Source: Methanotrichaceae archaeon (GTDB lineage: Archaea; Halobacteriota; Methanosarcinia; Methanotrichales; Methanotrichaceae). From it: a stretch of 64,000 nucleotides of DNA. The notes under the pieces were generated by a model. That model made no database searches. It saw only the letters and a program-made list of their open reading frames with translations, and was not told the origin of the DNA. Positions 50,499 through 61,511 of the stretch are shown here, one piece after another (the first letter of the stretch is position 1; each line of letters opens with the position of its first letter). Made by a program: the position numbers and the translations under genes. The stretch spans positions 160,001 through 224,000 of the forward strand of contig CAWDLW010000017.1 in assembly GCA_963803145.1 (NCBI GenBank). The letters run 5' to 3'.

Positions 50499-51041
50499 CT
50501 ACAGGGCATCCTTATCTTTAAGCACTTCTTTGGCCATCTCCTGGTGTTTCCTCTCAAGGAAGCTGTAGACATTGCCATGAGGCGCACCTTCGAGAAGCAT
50601 TTCAATGGCCGCACGTGCGGTCGTGATCTGTTCAGGATAGCCTAGGAGTGAAACGGTCTTTCCATATACTGATACTTTGGCACCTGACAGCCTCTCCATG
50701 ATCTCTCGAGTCTTGCCATCCTTGCCGATTATCCTGCCTTTGATGCGTGCCATATCGCTTTTTGTGCCCACCATCTTCGAGAGGTCTAGGACATCTAGCA
50801 TCAGCATTTCATCATCAAGAATGGGGAGTGCTCTCTCCGGGGAAAAGCCCCTGCCGATGGCACGTACAAGATCGGTCACTCTCATGGCGGAAATTGGGTC
50901 TTCAGAGGATTCTACTGTCACCATGCCGCTCTCGCTGTCTATTCCCAGTGCTGTCTTCGTCTTCTCCTCGATAAGGCACTTCATCGATCCGTTCGGCCCT
51001 ACCAGCACTCCGATACGTTCCTCAGGAATCTTGATCTGCAA
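50499..51041 (-). CDS. KH-domain RNA-processing protein (Dim2/Pno1)
   Basis: RIGVLVG, AIGRGFSPE and GRIIGKDGKTR motifs; follows rio1. Confidence 0.92.
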   Translation of the reverse strand: MQIKIPEERIGVLVGPNGSMKCLIEEKTKTALGIDSESGMVTVESSEDPISAMRVTDLVRAIGRGFSPERALPILDDEMLMLDVLDLSKMVGTKSDMARIKGRIIGKDGKTREIMERLSGAKVSVYGKTVSLLGYPEQITTARAAIEMLLEGAPHGNVYSFLERKHQEMAKEVLKDKDAL

Positions 51042-51055
51042 AATGATAACCTCCT

Positions 51056-51847
51056 TTACTGTTCGTCATGTTTTTCTGCGTCATTTTTTAGCTTAGCCCG
51101 GATCTCTTCCTCCGAGCCAATGCCATATTTCTTTTGGAAATAGCGTGCGATATTCTTTATATCGCGCTCAAGGAATTTCCTTGCCATGGGGTGGTCCAGG
51201 GTTACAGACTGTCCCATGTCTATGATGATTGGCTCGTCGTCGTAAAGCACATTGAACTCGCTTAGATCCGAGTGCACAAGGTCTGCCTTATTGTAGAGCA
51301 ACGAGATGTACTCTACAATCTTATCAAAGGCGCGCTCTGCCTCCTCTGGGCCAAGTTTAATGTCTTTCAGCGTCGGAGCTGGACTCCCCTTCTGACCAAT
51401 AAGATCCATTATGAGAATATTCTCTCTCGTGTCTATAGGATGGGGCACACGAACGCCGACCTCTTCAGCGCGTTTAAGGTTCCTAAACTCTTTTTTTGCC
51501 CAGGCAGAAACAATCGCCCTTCTGGTGCCCTTGATGTTTCCGAATCTGGGATCTCCATGTAAGTAATCCTGCATGGCCTTGAAGTTGCTAGTGGAGACCC
51601 TATATATCTTGATGGCCAGATCCTTCTGGCCGCAAGTTGCATAAAAGATGTTTGCCTCTTTGCCGGTGCTTATAGAACCGCCAAGGGTGTCAATGATGCC
51701 CTTGCTTGCAAGATCATAAAGGTTCTTAAGCGTGCGAGTATCAAATACGGCCTCCTGAACCTGCAGGTCATCGGAGTCCTTGATCCTCGTGCGAAGAACA
51801 TCGATTTGAGTATCGAACTTTTCTTCGTTCTTATCCTGCTTGCTCAT
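51056..51847 (-). CDS. rio1: Rio1 serine/threonine kinase
   Basis: [25 protein letters not shown] and IIDMGQ motifs. Confidence 0.93.
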   Translation of the reverse strand: MSKQDKNEEKFDTQIDVLRTRIKDSDDLQVQEAVFDTRTLKNLYDLASKGIIDTLGGSISTGKEANIFYATCGQKDLAIKIYRVSTSNFKAMQDYLHGDPRFGNIKGTRRAIVSAWAKKEFRNLKRAEEVGVRVPHPIDTRENILIMDLIGQKGSPAPTLKDIKLGPEEAERAFDKIVEYISLLYNKADLVHSDLSEFNVLYDDEPIIIDMGQSVTLDHPMARKFLERDIKNIARYFQKKYGIGSEEEIRAKLKNDAEKHDEQ

Positions 51848-52164
51848 GGAGTGCCTTTTAGGAAGCCCTTACGTTGCAGCCAGTCCACCTGAGGTCCTGT
51901 GTATCTCCAGATCACGTCCGCCTTGTCGTCTTGAAACTCCCATGGTACGATTATGACTACGTCACCCTCTCTGATCCAAATTCTCTTCTTCATCTTGCCG
52001 GGTATGCGGGCCATGCGAGTTACGCCATCGAGGCCCCTGACCCTTATTCTGTTTGAGCCAAGCAGCCCCTCTACAAAGCCAAACAACTCTCTTTCCTGCT
52101 TATGCGGAAGACGTACCCTGGTTACAACGCCCTCTTCATCACTCTTACTCTTACTCTTATACAG
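51844..52164 (-). CDS. eif1a: Translation initiation factor aIF-1A (probable CTG start)
   Basis: TRVRLP...[22 protein letters not shown]...DVIWRY. The conserved RVRLP lies upstream of the first TTG, and a CTG at 52164 has GAGGTG 5 nt upstream. Confidence 0.9.
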   Translation of the reverse strand: MYKSKSKSDEEGVVTRVRLPHKQERELFGFVEGLLGSNRIRVRGLDGVTRMARIPGKMKKRIWIREGDVVIIVPWEFQDDKADVIWRYTGPQVDWLQRKGFLKGTP

Positions 52165-52324
52165 CTTACCACCTCTAATGATAAAAGTACCTCAGATCAA
52201 TGGAATTTTGATTTCCTCTCGCACATATAGATTATAGATTTCCGGCGAGCTAAAGAATCTTTGGCGCCTCAAGAATAGAATCCATCTTAAATAGTTAAAG
52301 GTTGTGACGATCGGCTAATAATTA

Positions 52325-52398
52325 TGGGCCCGACGCGATTCGAACGCGCGATCCCCGCCGTGTGAAGGCGATGTCATAACCAGCTAGACCACAGGCCC
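52325..52398 (-). tRNA. tRNA-Val(CAC)
   Basis: Minus strand GGGCCTGTGGTCTAGCTGG...TCGCC-TTCACAC-GGCGG...GTTCGAATC...CGGGCCCA. Confidence 0.95.
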
Positions 52399-52518
52399 AC
52401 GAAAAGATGCAATAGGACAATTGTTATTAGTATCTTACCCTATGACATGGCATCCCTTCAGATCTCATAAGACGAAGCACAACATTTTAAATATCAATTC
52501 GCGAAATCAACTCTTCGA

Positions 52519-53310
52519 ATGAGTTTAAATTGGTCTAACCCAGTATATTCCTTATACGAGCGATTTCTTAGACGTGACGTACTGGCTGGACCATCTGTTA
52601 AGCACGTAGCCGTAATCCAGGATGGTAACCGGAGATATGCTAGAAGGATGGGCTTGCCTACCTTCCTAGGCCACAACCAGGGAGCAGAGACGGCGAGCAA
52701 TGTCTCCGACTGGTGTCTTGAGCTGGGAGTAAAACATCTTACGGTCTATGCATTCTCAACAGAGAACTTCAAGAGGGATGAGGAGGAGAAGAGCTACCTC
52801 TTCGATCTAATAAAGAGCAAGTTTATAGAGATGTATAACTCTGAGAGGCTCCATCATAACCGCGTTCGTGTTAGGGCGATAGGCAGAGTTGATCTCCTTC
52901 CCAAGGATCTTCAGGAGGCAATACGCAGAGTGGAGGAGGCCACTCAGGGATATTCGGGTCTTTTCCTGAATGTTGCACTGGCCTATGGTGGACAATGTGA
53001 ACTAGTTGATGCTGCTAAGGCTTTAGCCCGCGAGGTGGCAGCTCACAAGATTAGCGCAGGATCTGTAGATGAGAGTATCATAGCCAAATACCTTTATCCG
53101 CATAATGGTGTCCCAGTTCCTAAGGTTGACCTGATAATAAGGACCGGTGGCGAGTTTCGTACCTCAAACTTCCTGCCCTGGCAGGCGAACGGCAACGAGT
53201 GTGCAGCATATTTTTGCGCACCATATTGGCCAGAATTTAGGAAGATTGATTTTCTAAGGGCGATACGAATCGCTCAGATAAGATTATCATCAAGGGGCCA
53301 ACAGGCTTAA
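52519..53310 (+). CDS. uppS: cis-Prenyltransferase (undecaprenyl diphosphate synthase family)
   Basis: HVAVIQDGNRR, YAFSTENFKR and RTGGEFRTSNFLPWQ motifs. Confidence 0.93.
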   Translation: MSLNWSNPVYSLYERFLRRDVLAGPSVKHVAVIQDGNRRYARRMGLPTFLGHNQGAETASNVSDWCLELGVKHLTVYAFSTENFKRDEEEKSYLFDLIKSKFIEMYNSERLHHNRVRVRAIGRVDLLPKDLQEAIRRVEEATQGYSGLFLNVALAYGGQCELVDAAKALAREVAAHKISAGSVDESIIAKYLYPHNGVPVPKVDLIIRTGGEFRTSNFLPWQANGNECAAYFCAPYWPEFRKIDFLRAIRIAQIRLSSRGQQA

Positions 53311-53339
53311 TTACATGAAGCATGCCATGAACGCTCATT

Positions 53340-53429
53340 GTCCCGATGGGGTAGTGGACATCCCGAAGGCCTGCGGAGCAATCCCTGCGTAGAAAGCCTT
53401 CAACCCGGGTTCGAATCCCGGTCGGGACG
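53340..53429 (+). tRNA. tRNA-Arg(GCG) with an 18-nt intron at position 37/38 (53377-53394)
   Basis: AAGGC-CTGCGG[AGCAATCCCTGCGTAGAA]A-GCCTT forms a bulge-helix-bulge; GGTTCGAATCC T-arm; GTCCCGA/TCGGGAC acceptor stem. Confidence 0.92.
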
Positions 53430-53802
53430 CTTATTTACGAGCAATTAAGAAAATATAAACTCAAAAATCACATTATAGTCATTCGGTTCCACCAAAACGG
53501 AATGACTCAGAGAGCAGCGAGCGCTAACAAGGGTTCTCGCTTTTCCTCTCTGAAAGCTTTTCGCGTGCCAGTTTTTTACCGGCTTGATCGAAAAAGTGAC
53601 TTACGCTTCGATATTCTCCAGTCTCTACCAGCTTAACAGCTTCATCATAGAGCTCTGGCTCTATACTGATATTGATTTTCTTCCTTGGGGTTCTCGCCAT
53701 GCGGTTAGTATTCTCGGTTCTTTGTTTAAATAGATTACTACCAGGTGTTCAACAGTAAGCTTAAAATATTAGTAGTGCTTAGTGTTCATTTGGTGGAACC
53801 GA

Positions 53803-54126
53803 ATGCGTAAAAGAACAATTCCAGAGCTTAAGCTCCCGGTCTCTCAGACCGCTGAAGCTGTAGAGTCTTTAATAACCACAATCCTTGGCAGTAAGCCTGA
53901 AGGCATTGAGAAAATCACGTCGGTTAATATAGAAGAAGCTAAGGCTACAGCTGAGGAATCCAGGCGCCAGGCTCGCGAACACCAGGCAAAGATGGGGCTG
54001 CTTAGGAACATAGCTAAAATCGAGAGAGGTGAGCCCGTTGATAGCATCGTGCCTGTGCTCAGAAAAGCAAATAGCAAGCTGAGAGGCGAGTACGGAGGGG
54101 TTTATGATGGACCCATCTATTTCTGA
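53803..54126 (+). CDS. Hypothetical protein
   Basis: Open frame with GGTGG SD; overlaps the next gene. No family recognised. Confidence 0.6.
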   Translation: MRKRTIPELKLPVSQTAEAVESLITTILGSKPEGIEKITSVNIEEAKATAEESRRQAREHQAKMGLLRNIAKIERGEPVDSIVPVLRKANSKLRGEYGGVYDGPIYF

Positions 54127-54679
54127 AGGCACGGGGCCTGCGCATCCTGATCATAAGAAACGACCTGCTTCTTTAGCCTCCCTAGAAGAGATTAACAGGG
54201 CTCTTGATGGCCTTCAACCTTTGGCATCAAAAATCGATGAGTTGAAGACAGGGATTCTTGATAAAGAGGCTGATATCTTAAATGTGATCCTGCAGAGGAT
54301 CTCGCCTCTCATACCGTTGCTCAGCAAGGACTATGAAGCCTGTTATCGTCATGAACTTATACTTCTCACAAAAACAGAACGTGTGAAACTTGAGGATTCT
54401 GTAGATTTCTACAGTAATTACATGCTGATCTTATACGAAAACGGCCAATTGATAGATCAGCATTGCTATGGTGAAAACACCATTAGCACAAGGATCGGCT
54501 GGGAGATCATTAACGAGACCTATCTGACGTCCACAGCCGCTATAATCAATTTCGGCCTTGATGCCATAGTAGAGGGCTTGATGAAGATTATCAAGGATGC
54601 TAGGGAACTCTTTGTCTTGAAAAGCGAACTCGAAAATAGATTTATCGCCTTGACGGGTTTGCTGGAGGCTCTGCAATGA
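54104..54679 (+). CDS. Hypothetical protein (coiled-coil termini)
   Basis: 191-aa ORF with GGAGGG SD. Confidence 0.65.
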   Translation: MMDPSISEGTGPAHPDHKKRPASLASLEEINRALDGLQPLASKIDELKTGILDKEADILNVILQRISPLIPLLSKDYEACYRHELILLTKTERVKLEDSVDFYSNYMLILYENGQLIDQHCYGENTISTRIGWEIINETYLTSTAAIINFGLDAIVEGLMKIIKDARELFVLKSELENRFIALTGLLEALQ

Positions 54680-54849
54680 GAACACTGAATGTAAGGGAGG
54701 TGAAAGGAATGCCCACTAGAAATTATGCAACGGTGTGGGAAAGGAGAATGAATTGCCAGGTCTTGTGAAGATAGAGATAGGTTGCCATCATGTCAAACCT
54801 TTTTTAGGTGCTAGTTCATATATTAACTTGACAGCTCATCTCTAAGCTC

Positions 54850-56001
54850 TTACCTTTCCCAAATCGGGCGATAAAGTTTATCCGCCTGAGCACTAACGAA
54901 ATCGGGATAATTATAAACGAGAGTAGCGCCCTCATATTCCTGTTTTTCGGATAGCTTCTCATGGATCTCATCGACTTCGCCTATAGCCGAGTCCGCTTCA
55001 ACGTATGATTGAGCGATCACAACATGGTGCTTTTTTGAGAATAAAGGCTTATCGCCTACTAAGCGCGCCCCTTTGATCATAGCGATCCCAGTAGCTGTAA
55101 CTCTTCCACCGAGTTTAGCTACTTTGAGAGGTCCAGCCGTCAAAGCATAGCGGCAATCTAAATCTTTTACATCAATTTGCTCCAATATTCCGCTTGCCTT
55201 AGATAGAAGGTTGCGTTCTACCTCATAATGGATTTGACGAACAGCATCAAGAGCCAAGCTACTTTTGGAGCTTTTGTTGCATGGGAATAGAGCAATGAAT
55301 CCGTCTCCCGCGAAGCAATCAAATACTCCACCGGCATCCTCAATAGCGTTTGCCATCATTTCAGAATACATAGCTAGAAAACTGCTAAAGTCTTTTGGCC
55401 CCAGTTGTGTGAGGGTTTTGGTAGAGCGCACTATGTCGGAATAGACCACAGCTATTTTCTTTGCCCTTAGCAAAGATTGTACACCTTTTGCTTGAGAAGG
55501 CTTTGCAGATTCTAGTTTCTTCATTTTATTATAATCAATACTTTCTTTTAGACATCGTCCCAATTTTATCGCAGATTTGTATTTCTCAACTGATATTAAG
55601 GGATCTACACCTACTGAACTTAATTCTAATCGTCTTGCTTCGTCAATTATATTTTTAAATTCATTATATTTCGAAATAAAATCGTCAGGGCTGATATCAA
55701 TGCAAGAAAATAGCCTTTCGTTATCTTTGTATATTGGGGCAAGTTCGTCATTTATTCCGACCCATATTAATTTATAGCAATCTAATGTTAACCGTGTCAA
55801 ATGATTTCTTGCTTTTAGAATATTCTCTTCTCTCTGAGTTTCAGTTAAGTGTGGGTTATAGAACTGAAAAACGTGACCAAGAGCGTTTTCAAATTCTACG
55901 AGAACTTGCTGAGGTTTCCTTCCAAAATGAGCAACAGCATCTGCGTACGCGCTAATACATTCGCTTCTATAAAACTCTGCTAATTCATCAATATTTGACA
56001 T
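54850..56001 (-). CDS. Class III nucleotide cyclase domain protein with an N-terminal helical domain
   Basis: VVYSDIVRST, FAGDGFIALF and G...ARL motifs in the C-half; AT-rich N-half. Confidence 0.75.
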   Translation of the reverse strand: MSNIDELAEFYRSECISAYADAVAHFGRKPQQVLVEFENALGHVFQFYNPHLTETQREENILKARNHLTRLTLDCYKLIWVGINDELAPIYKDNERLFSCIDISPDDFISKYNEFKNIIDEARRLELSSVGVDPLISVEKYKSAIKLGRCLKESIDYNKMKKLESAKPSQAKGVQSLLRAKKIAVVYSDIVRSTKTLTQLGPKDFSSFLAMYSEMMANAIEDAGGVFDCFAGDGFIALFPCNKSSKSSLALDAVRQIHYEVERNLLSKASGILEQIDVKDLDCRYALTAGPLKVAKLGGRVTATGIAMIKGARLVGDKPLFSKKHHVVIAQSYVEADSAIGEVDEIHEKLSEKQEYEGATLVYNYPDFVSAQADKLYRPIWER

Positions 56002-56012
56002 AAATTAGCACA

Positions 56013-56231
56013 TCATGAAGCCAATATATCATCTATCATCTCGTTTAATTCGATTTTTTCTACTGGGACAATGCTACCCCTATTAAGAACTACATTTGTT
56101 ATAATCTCTTCTGTTTTCAATTCTCCTCTACCACACCTTTTTTGAACAAATTCATCGATCTCTTCTGTAGTAGAAAAATCCTCTATATTGATATTGAATA
56201 CAGCCTCAAAGATCTCTGCCCTTGGCTTCAC
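56013..56231 (-). CDS. Small acidic hypothetical protein co-oriented upstream of the cyclase
   Basis: 72-aa ORF ending 11 nt before the cyclase ATG; TATA-like elements upstream. Confidence 0.6.
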   Translation of the reverse strand: MKPRAEIFEAVFNINIEDFSTTEEIDEFVQKRCGRGELKTEEIITNVVLNRGSIVPVEKIELNEMIDDILAS

Positions 56232-56599
56232 GATTAATCCCGTCCTGTTATACTTATACCTGCTTTATAAATCTTATGTTTATTCAATCCATGTAGGGTA
56301 TATAAATTTTTTTCGATTCAATCTCTGACTATCGGACTTTGACGCACCTTTTATTCTTTAATTGCACACGCCATAACCCTGAATGGCTCTCTTTCTTTAT
56401 TTCAAATTATAGTTCGCGAATACAATAACCTTCTTGAGCATCTTCTAAGTTTATCTGGAAATGGATGCCTAAGTTTATACATTTGACCCACAAGTTAATT
56501 GGCGTTCATATTGAATCTTAGCTCCGGGCAAGACACTCTCTTCTGCGCCATTGCCAAGGATTATTTTTATATGGTTAGATAACTCTCTTTTACAGGCTT

Positions 56600-57928
56600 A
56601 TGGTACTTGATAATTTAGGCGGATCATTGCGCAGTGCGCTACGGAAGATCGCATCTGCAAACAAGATAGATAAACCCCTAATCGAGGAGACGGTCAGGGA
56701 GATTCAGCGTGCTCTTTTGCAGGCCGACGTGAATGTTAAGCTGGTGATGCAGCTTTCCAATAAAATAAAGGAGAGGGCTCTGGATGAAAAGCCGCCCACA
56801 GGCATGAACCCGAGAGAGCACGTCATCAACATCGTCTATCAGGAACTCATAAACCTTGTAGGAAAAGGCTCCGATATCCCACTAAAGAAGCAGGATATAA
56901 TGCTCGTGGGCCTTCAGGGCTCAGGAAAGACAACAACTGCAGCAAAGCTGGCGACATATTTCCAACGAAAGGGCCTGCGTACTGCTGTTATCTGCGCGGA
57001 TACATTTAGGGCGGGCGCATATGATCAGCTCAAAGCCCTTTGCGAAAAACAGGGCATCTTCTTTTATGGCGAGAGGGGCAACACTGATGCACCAGCTGTC
57101 GCTAGAAACGGCCTTGAGGCCGCGAAGAAATACGATATCAGAATCATAGATACGGCGGGCAGACATGCACTGGAGGCAGATCTGATCAAGGAGATGGAGG
57201 AGATCCATGCTGTAGTAAATGCAGATCAGAAGCTGTTGGTGATGGATGCGGCCATTGGACAGCAGGCGAGTGAGCAGGCTAGGGCTTTCAATGACGCAGT
57301 CAACATAACTGGCGTCGTTATCTCTAAGCTTGATGGAACCGCCAAGGGAGGCGGCGCACTGAGCGCGGTCGCGGAGACCAAGACATCAGTTGCTTTTATC
57401 GGCGTTGGAGAGACGCCCAGCGACTTAGAGCGCTTTGAGGCCGATAGGTTCATTTCACGATTGCTGGGAATGGGCGATATAAAGACGCTCATTGAGCGGG
57501 CGCAGGAGATTCAGGCTACTGAGGAAGTGGATGTTGAATCCATGATGAGGGGCAAGTTCACCCTCAAGGATATGTACACCCAGATGGAGGCCATGAACAA
57601 GCTTGGGCCTCTGAAACAGATAATGCAAATGTTGCCGATGGGAGGCCTAGGCATCGAGCTATCAGATAAGGAGTTCCAGGCTACAAAAGACAAGTTGGAT
57701 AAGTATCGGGTCATCATGGACTCAATGACTGATGCTGAACTAGAGGACCCGAAGATTATAACCGCCTCTCGGATAAAGCGTATTTCCTACGGAAGCGGAA
57801 GTTCACCCGAGGTTGTTCGAGAGCTTCTTAAGTCTCACCAGGCGATGCAGAAGGCAATAAAAGGTATGAAGGGCATGGGCAAGATGAATATGAAACGCCT
57901 TATGAAAAGGTTCGGCCCGATGGGCTAA
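56600..57928 (+). CDS. srp54: Signal recognition particle protein Srp54
   Basis: [33 protein letters not shown] motifs and a Met-rich M domain. Confidence 0.97.
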   Translation: MVLDNLGGSLRSALRKIASANKIDKPLIEETVREIQRALLQADVNVKLVMQLSNKIKERALDEKPPTGMNPREHVINIVYQELINLVGKGSDIPLKKQDIMLVGLQGSGKTTTAAKLATYFQRKGLRTAVICADTFRAGAYDQLKALCEKQGIFFYGERGNTDAPAVARNGLEAAKKYDIRIIDTAGRHALEADLIKEMEEIHAVVNADQKLLVMDAAIGQQASEQARAFNDAVNITGVVISKLDGTAKGGGALSAVAETKTSVAFIGVGETPSDLERFEADRFISRLLGMGDIKTLIERAQEIQATEEVDVESMMRGKFTLKDMYTQMEAMNKLGPLKQIMQMLPMGGLGIELSDKEFQATKDKLDKYRVIMDSMTDAELEDPKIITASRIKRISYGSGSSPEVVRELLKSHQAMQKAIKGMKGMGKMNMKRLMKRFGPMG

Positions 57929-58094
57929 GTGGTCGGCGCATAAACCAAAGCAAAAAGCTAAGCCGATTGCTTTAGATTGCCTAGTAGACTGCCTTGTGCT
58001 CTCCCTGCATAATTTTTTTATCAGGCCACATTGAAGTTTGAATCGCTCAGGTCGTCGTATGATGTCGTGCCTCCTAAGCTGCATTCTATCATCC

Positions 58095-58790
58095 CTAACT
58101 GTAATTGGTAGTAATGGCCACATCGGATGTAGTGATCTGGCCGCTATCGTTCGTGCTTGAATAACTTTTTCTCTCGATTCTATGATCGGTGCCGTTTGAT
58201 GTAGCGCCCTGTATTGATTCCTGTGTTGCTGCCGAGTTTCTTACATCTACCGGTGCTGCTTGGTTCAGATAATTGCCCAGTATTATGGTAGTCCCGCCTA
58301 AAGCATTTGAGGGCTTTATACTTCCGGTTACAGTTCCTGATAGGGTGATTACGCCAGCTGAATACGTATCATATTTACCTGTAAGAGATGTGCCCGATTG
58401 AGAGACCTTAAGCCTATACATCTCAGAGCTATTGATGACCAGGACGGATAGGTCTATATTACTCCCTGAGATATTTCCTGAGGCACTGACTCTGCGGCTA
58501 TTTCCCTCTGCGGTTATGCTTCCGTAACCCATGAGAACATCTTTGCTCTGCTGAGCGTTTAGCTCAATATATTTCATACTGGAACCTAACAAGCCTAAAG
58601 ACCAGATTCCCGTCAAGTTTACCTGATTTCCTGACCCTGTCCTAGCCTCTATGGCGCCGTCCGATCCAACTTTCAGTGGTGGAATTATTCCCTTTCCTGT
58701 TGTCACAGTCCCTGCATAACCCTGCGATGAAGCCTGAGCCACTAGGAAGACGAGAACTAGAACTAATATCAGCAGTCTAATCAATCCCAT
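58095..58790 (-). CDS. Secreted protein, paralog array member 5
   Basis: Signal peptide; GxWSL...QSKDVLMGYG...YRL...GxY shared domain. Confidence 0.75.
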   Translation of the reverse strand: MGLIRLLILVLVLVFLVAQASSQGYAGTVTTGKGIIPPLKVGSDGAIEARTGSGNQVNLTGIWSLGLLGSSMKYIELNAQQSKDVLMGYGSITAEGNSRRVSASGNISGSNIDLSVLVINSSEMYRLKVSQSGTSLTGKYDTYSAGVITLSGTVTGSIKPSNALGGTTIILGNYLNQAAPVDVRNSAATQESIQGATSNGTDHRIERKSYSSTNDSGQITTSDVAITTNYS

Positions 58791-58885
58791 AATCTTAACC
58801 CCTCCTTTTTACGATAATGAAGATATTAAAAATAGTGGTATCTCGGGCAGAAGCCGAGAGGAAAGGCTGACCTGCCCAAGACTCT

Positions 58886-59581
58886 TCAGATAGAGTTATT
58901 CTGCAATTGCTGGCCTGGATACTGTGAATACTGCTGAACATTTGGTTGAGCAGCAGGCTGTGCCGCTGTCCCGGCAGGAGCTACTATATTTCCAAAGGCT
59001 ACTCCTGGCTGGGTTATCTCCGGTGCGCTGAAGAGGTAGTCGCCTCCCATCGATCCTGGCCTGACCGTCAGACTGAATCTATACATGTTATTGGGAGATC
59101 CTGTTGGGATAACATACATCGCCAATTTGTCACCCAAAAGCGTTCCTCCGGCAGTGACCTGAGATATGCTGCTTCCGGATGTTAGCTCTCCCGAGCCGAA
59201 GACTGCGTCTCCTGACTGGAACAGCGATAATGTTAGGGTCTTTGTGCCGATATCTGTAAGAGTAAATGACCAGACTCCTGCGATATATATAGGCAATCCT
59301 ATAGCGATAGGCGTCCTAACGCCCTTCCCTGCCGCTCCTGGAGTCATGCCCGTACTTTTGCTGATGAGGAAGAGGCTTTCATTTCTGAACGATAGGTCGC
59401 TATCACTTGGATTAGTGCTGGATCCAGTAGTAACCTCTTGCTTTATCTGATAGCCCGACATGTCCTGATTCGGGAACGGCTGGTTCACTTTATCCTTCGG
59501 CCCAAGCGGCATGTCGGCAAATGCTGGAATAGCCAAGCATACAACCAGGGCGAGTGTTAATACTACACTTTTGAATTTCAT
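58886..59581 (-). CDS. Secreted protein, paralog array member 4
   Basis: AGGAG SD before MKFKS; GVWSFTLTD...LFQSGDAVFGSG. Confidence 0.78.
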   Translation of the reverse strand: MKFKSVVLTLALVVCLAIPAFADMPLGPKDKVNQPFPNQDMSGYQIKQEVTTGSSTNPSDSDLSFRNESLFLISKSTGMTPGAAGKGVRTPIAIGLPIYIAGVWSFTLTDIGTKTLTLSLFQSGDAVFGSGELTSGSSISQVTAGGTLLGDKLAMYVIPTGSPNNMYRFSLTVRPGSMGGDYLFSAPEITQPGVAFGNIVAPAGTAAQPAAQPNVQQYSQYPGQQLQNNSI

Positions 59582-59877
59582 CTCCACACTCCTCCTAATT
59601 TGGATCAGCATTATCTCTCACAGGGTTTAAAGGTTGCCCTTTTATGGGCTTGTAGCTGGAATTGTCATCAAAAACAGGTATATTAGCACTGTCTTGAAAT
59701 TATTTCTCAGGCATTTGGCTACGAAGATGGTTTAATATTTAACTTTTGCTGCAATTCGCACAACTCTGGATTCATGAGGATTTATAGTGCCAGCTATATC
59801 CTTTTCTCCAAGATCTTCCAGGCGGTTGCCAATATGCTTGTCTAGATAAAGAAAACAGGGCCTTTAGGCCCAATGAT

Positions 59878-60615
59878 CTACTGGGATGATCTCGTGCCAT
59901 TGGCGCTTCCCGTCCAAGTGTTTCCACTGGCTGAGAATGCCTGGTAATCGCCGGAAGCAGAATCGCCGCTAGGTGTTAATGCGAGCCTATAGAGGTTGAT
60001 AGACCCTAACGTTGTCAGATCCAAATTTAGTTTACTGCCATCGAACGACCCTGAGGCAGCAACAATTAGGGTGTTGTTTCCATCGTTCATGCTTCCCGTC
60101 CCAAAGACGGCATCTCCCGACTGGAATAGCGTCAAGACCATATTTTTAAGTGTATTATCGTTAAGCTCAAACGACCAGCTTCCGGATACGCCTCCTGATG
60201 TGGTTGAAGATGAAGGCGTTGTTTGAGTGGTCTGGGCTGTCTGAGTTGCTTGAGTTGCCTGGGTTGTATCGGGTGTTTGGCCGGCACTTGTTCCTTGTGT
60301 ATTTGCAGACTGATCCTGAGATGTTGAAGCTGACTGAGCCTGATCTCTGGATTCCTTGGCGCTCATAGCGTTGTCTGAGAGTGTGCTGGGCATCGTGAAA
60401 TCTTTGCCAGTTTCGTTGCTCCATTCCTGACGAGCTAGTTGAGGTGTAAGTGACATGCCGGGAGCCGCTGGTGTATATGTTCCTTCATCACCGCCATTTA
60501 TCAGCTGATCGGCAGATAGGCCATCGGGATTGTCCCAATCGGCAGAGTGGGCTAATACAGCACAAAGGCCAACTAGCGCTAAGGATGATATTAACAATAA
60601 TATTATAATTCTCAT
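59878..60615 (-). CDS. Secreted protein, paralog array member 3
   Basis: Signal peptide, Thr/Gln/Ser linker, GSWSFELND...LFQSGDAVFGTG. Confidence 0.8.
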   Translation of the reverse strand: MRIIILLLISSLALVGLCAVLAHSADWDNPDGLSADQLINGGDEGTYTPAAPGMSLTPQLARQEWSNETGKDFTMPSTLSDNAMSAKESRDQAQSASTSQDQSANTQGTSAGQTPDTTQATQATQTAQTTQTTPSSSTTSGGVSGSWSFELNDNTLKNMVLTLFQSGDAVFGTGSMNDGNNTLIVAASGSFDGSKLNLDLTTLGSINLYRLALTPSGDSASGDYQAFSASGNTWTGSANGTRSSQ

Positions 60616-60847
60616 TCGCTCTGAACCTCCTTTCTATATGATCTTGGATCTTTGATTAAGATCTTCTCTTCAAGCCATTATACCGCCATTAGATCCCATC
60701 TATAAAAGCTTAATGCCGTTTATCTGCATTAATCGATTTATCTTTAGGATGTTCTTCGACTGTTGAGGAATAGCGCTGTCTCAGAATGCAATGCCCAGCA
60801 TATAATCTATGGGCTAACAAAAAATTGTAAATTATAAATTCAAACCT

Positions 60848-61426
60848 TTACGCAAGGGTGCCAGTTATGGTTCCCGTCCAGGGTGTAGGGCTTGAACCGA
60901 ATGCACTGTAGCTGCCAGATAAGGATCTACCGCTGATATCTATGCTGAGCTTGTAGAGATTGGTATCTTTCATGGAGAGCAGATCCATATTCAGGTTGCT
61001 TCCGGATACCGATCCAGTGGCTGCAATATCCTGGGTCACGCCTCCAGATATCATACTGCCTTTGCCGAAGACAATGTCGCCCGACTGTGTGAGGACGATT
61101 GTGATTGATCTTATCGTGCTATCTGTCAGAACCAGGGATATGCTTCCTGCAATGCTTGATGCGATGCTTGAGGCCGACGATGTGCTTTGAGGAAACTTTG
61201 TGTTCTTGGCTGAAATCATCACTGCGCCCTTAGCAGGTATTGTGGCTCCGGCCTGTGGGCTCACGTTGAAGATATTTTCGTCTCCCATGGTATGTTTTAT
61301 ATCCTGACTGGCGGCAGAATTTGCGCCTGAATCACTGGGGTTTAGGTAATCATCCTGGGCATATGCTTGGGCCGCCATCAGGATAAGGATGAATATATAC
61401 ATGAATACTCTGTAATATCTCATCAT
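60848..61426 (-). CDS. Secreted protein, paralog array member 2
   Basis: Signal peptide; LTD...LTQSGDIVFGKG...NLYKL...SGSY. Confidence 0.78.
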   Translation of the reverse strand: MMRYYRVFMYIFILILMAAQAYAQDDYLNPSDSGANSAASQDIKHTMGDENIFNVSPQAGATIPAKGAVMISAKNTKFPQSTSSASSIASSIAGSISLVLTDSTIRSITIVLTQSGDIVFGKGSMISGGVTQDIAATGSVSGSNLNMDLLSMKDTNLYKLSIDISGRSLSGSYSAFGSSPTPWTGTITGTLA

Positions 61427-61511
61427 GATTCCTCGCTAATTGTTATGAGATTCATTCCACACTCGGTTTAGTCCAAGATACCTTAAATCTAGCGCTGTAT
61501 TCCTATCCCAG

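Noticed and set aside
53340-56600. Integrated element at tRNA-Arg
   Set aside because: No integrase or att-like repeat is visible. The tRNA intron itself is a canonical 37/38 BHB intron and not unusual.
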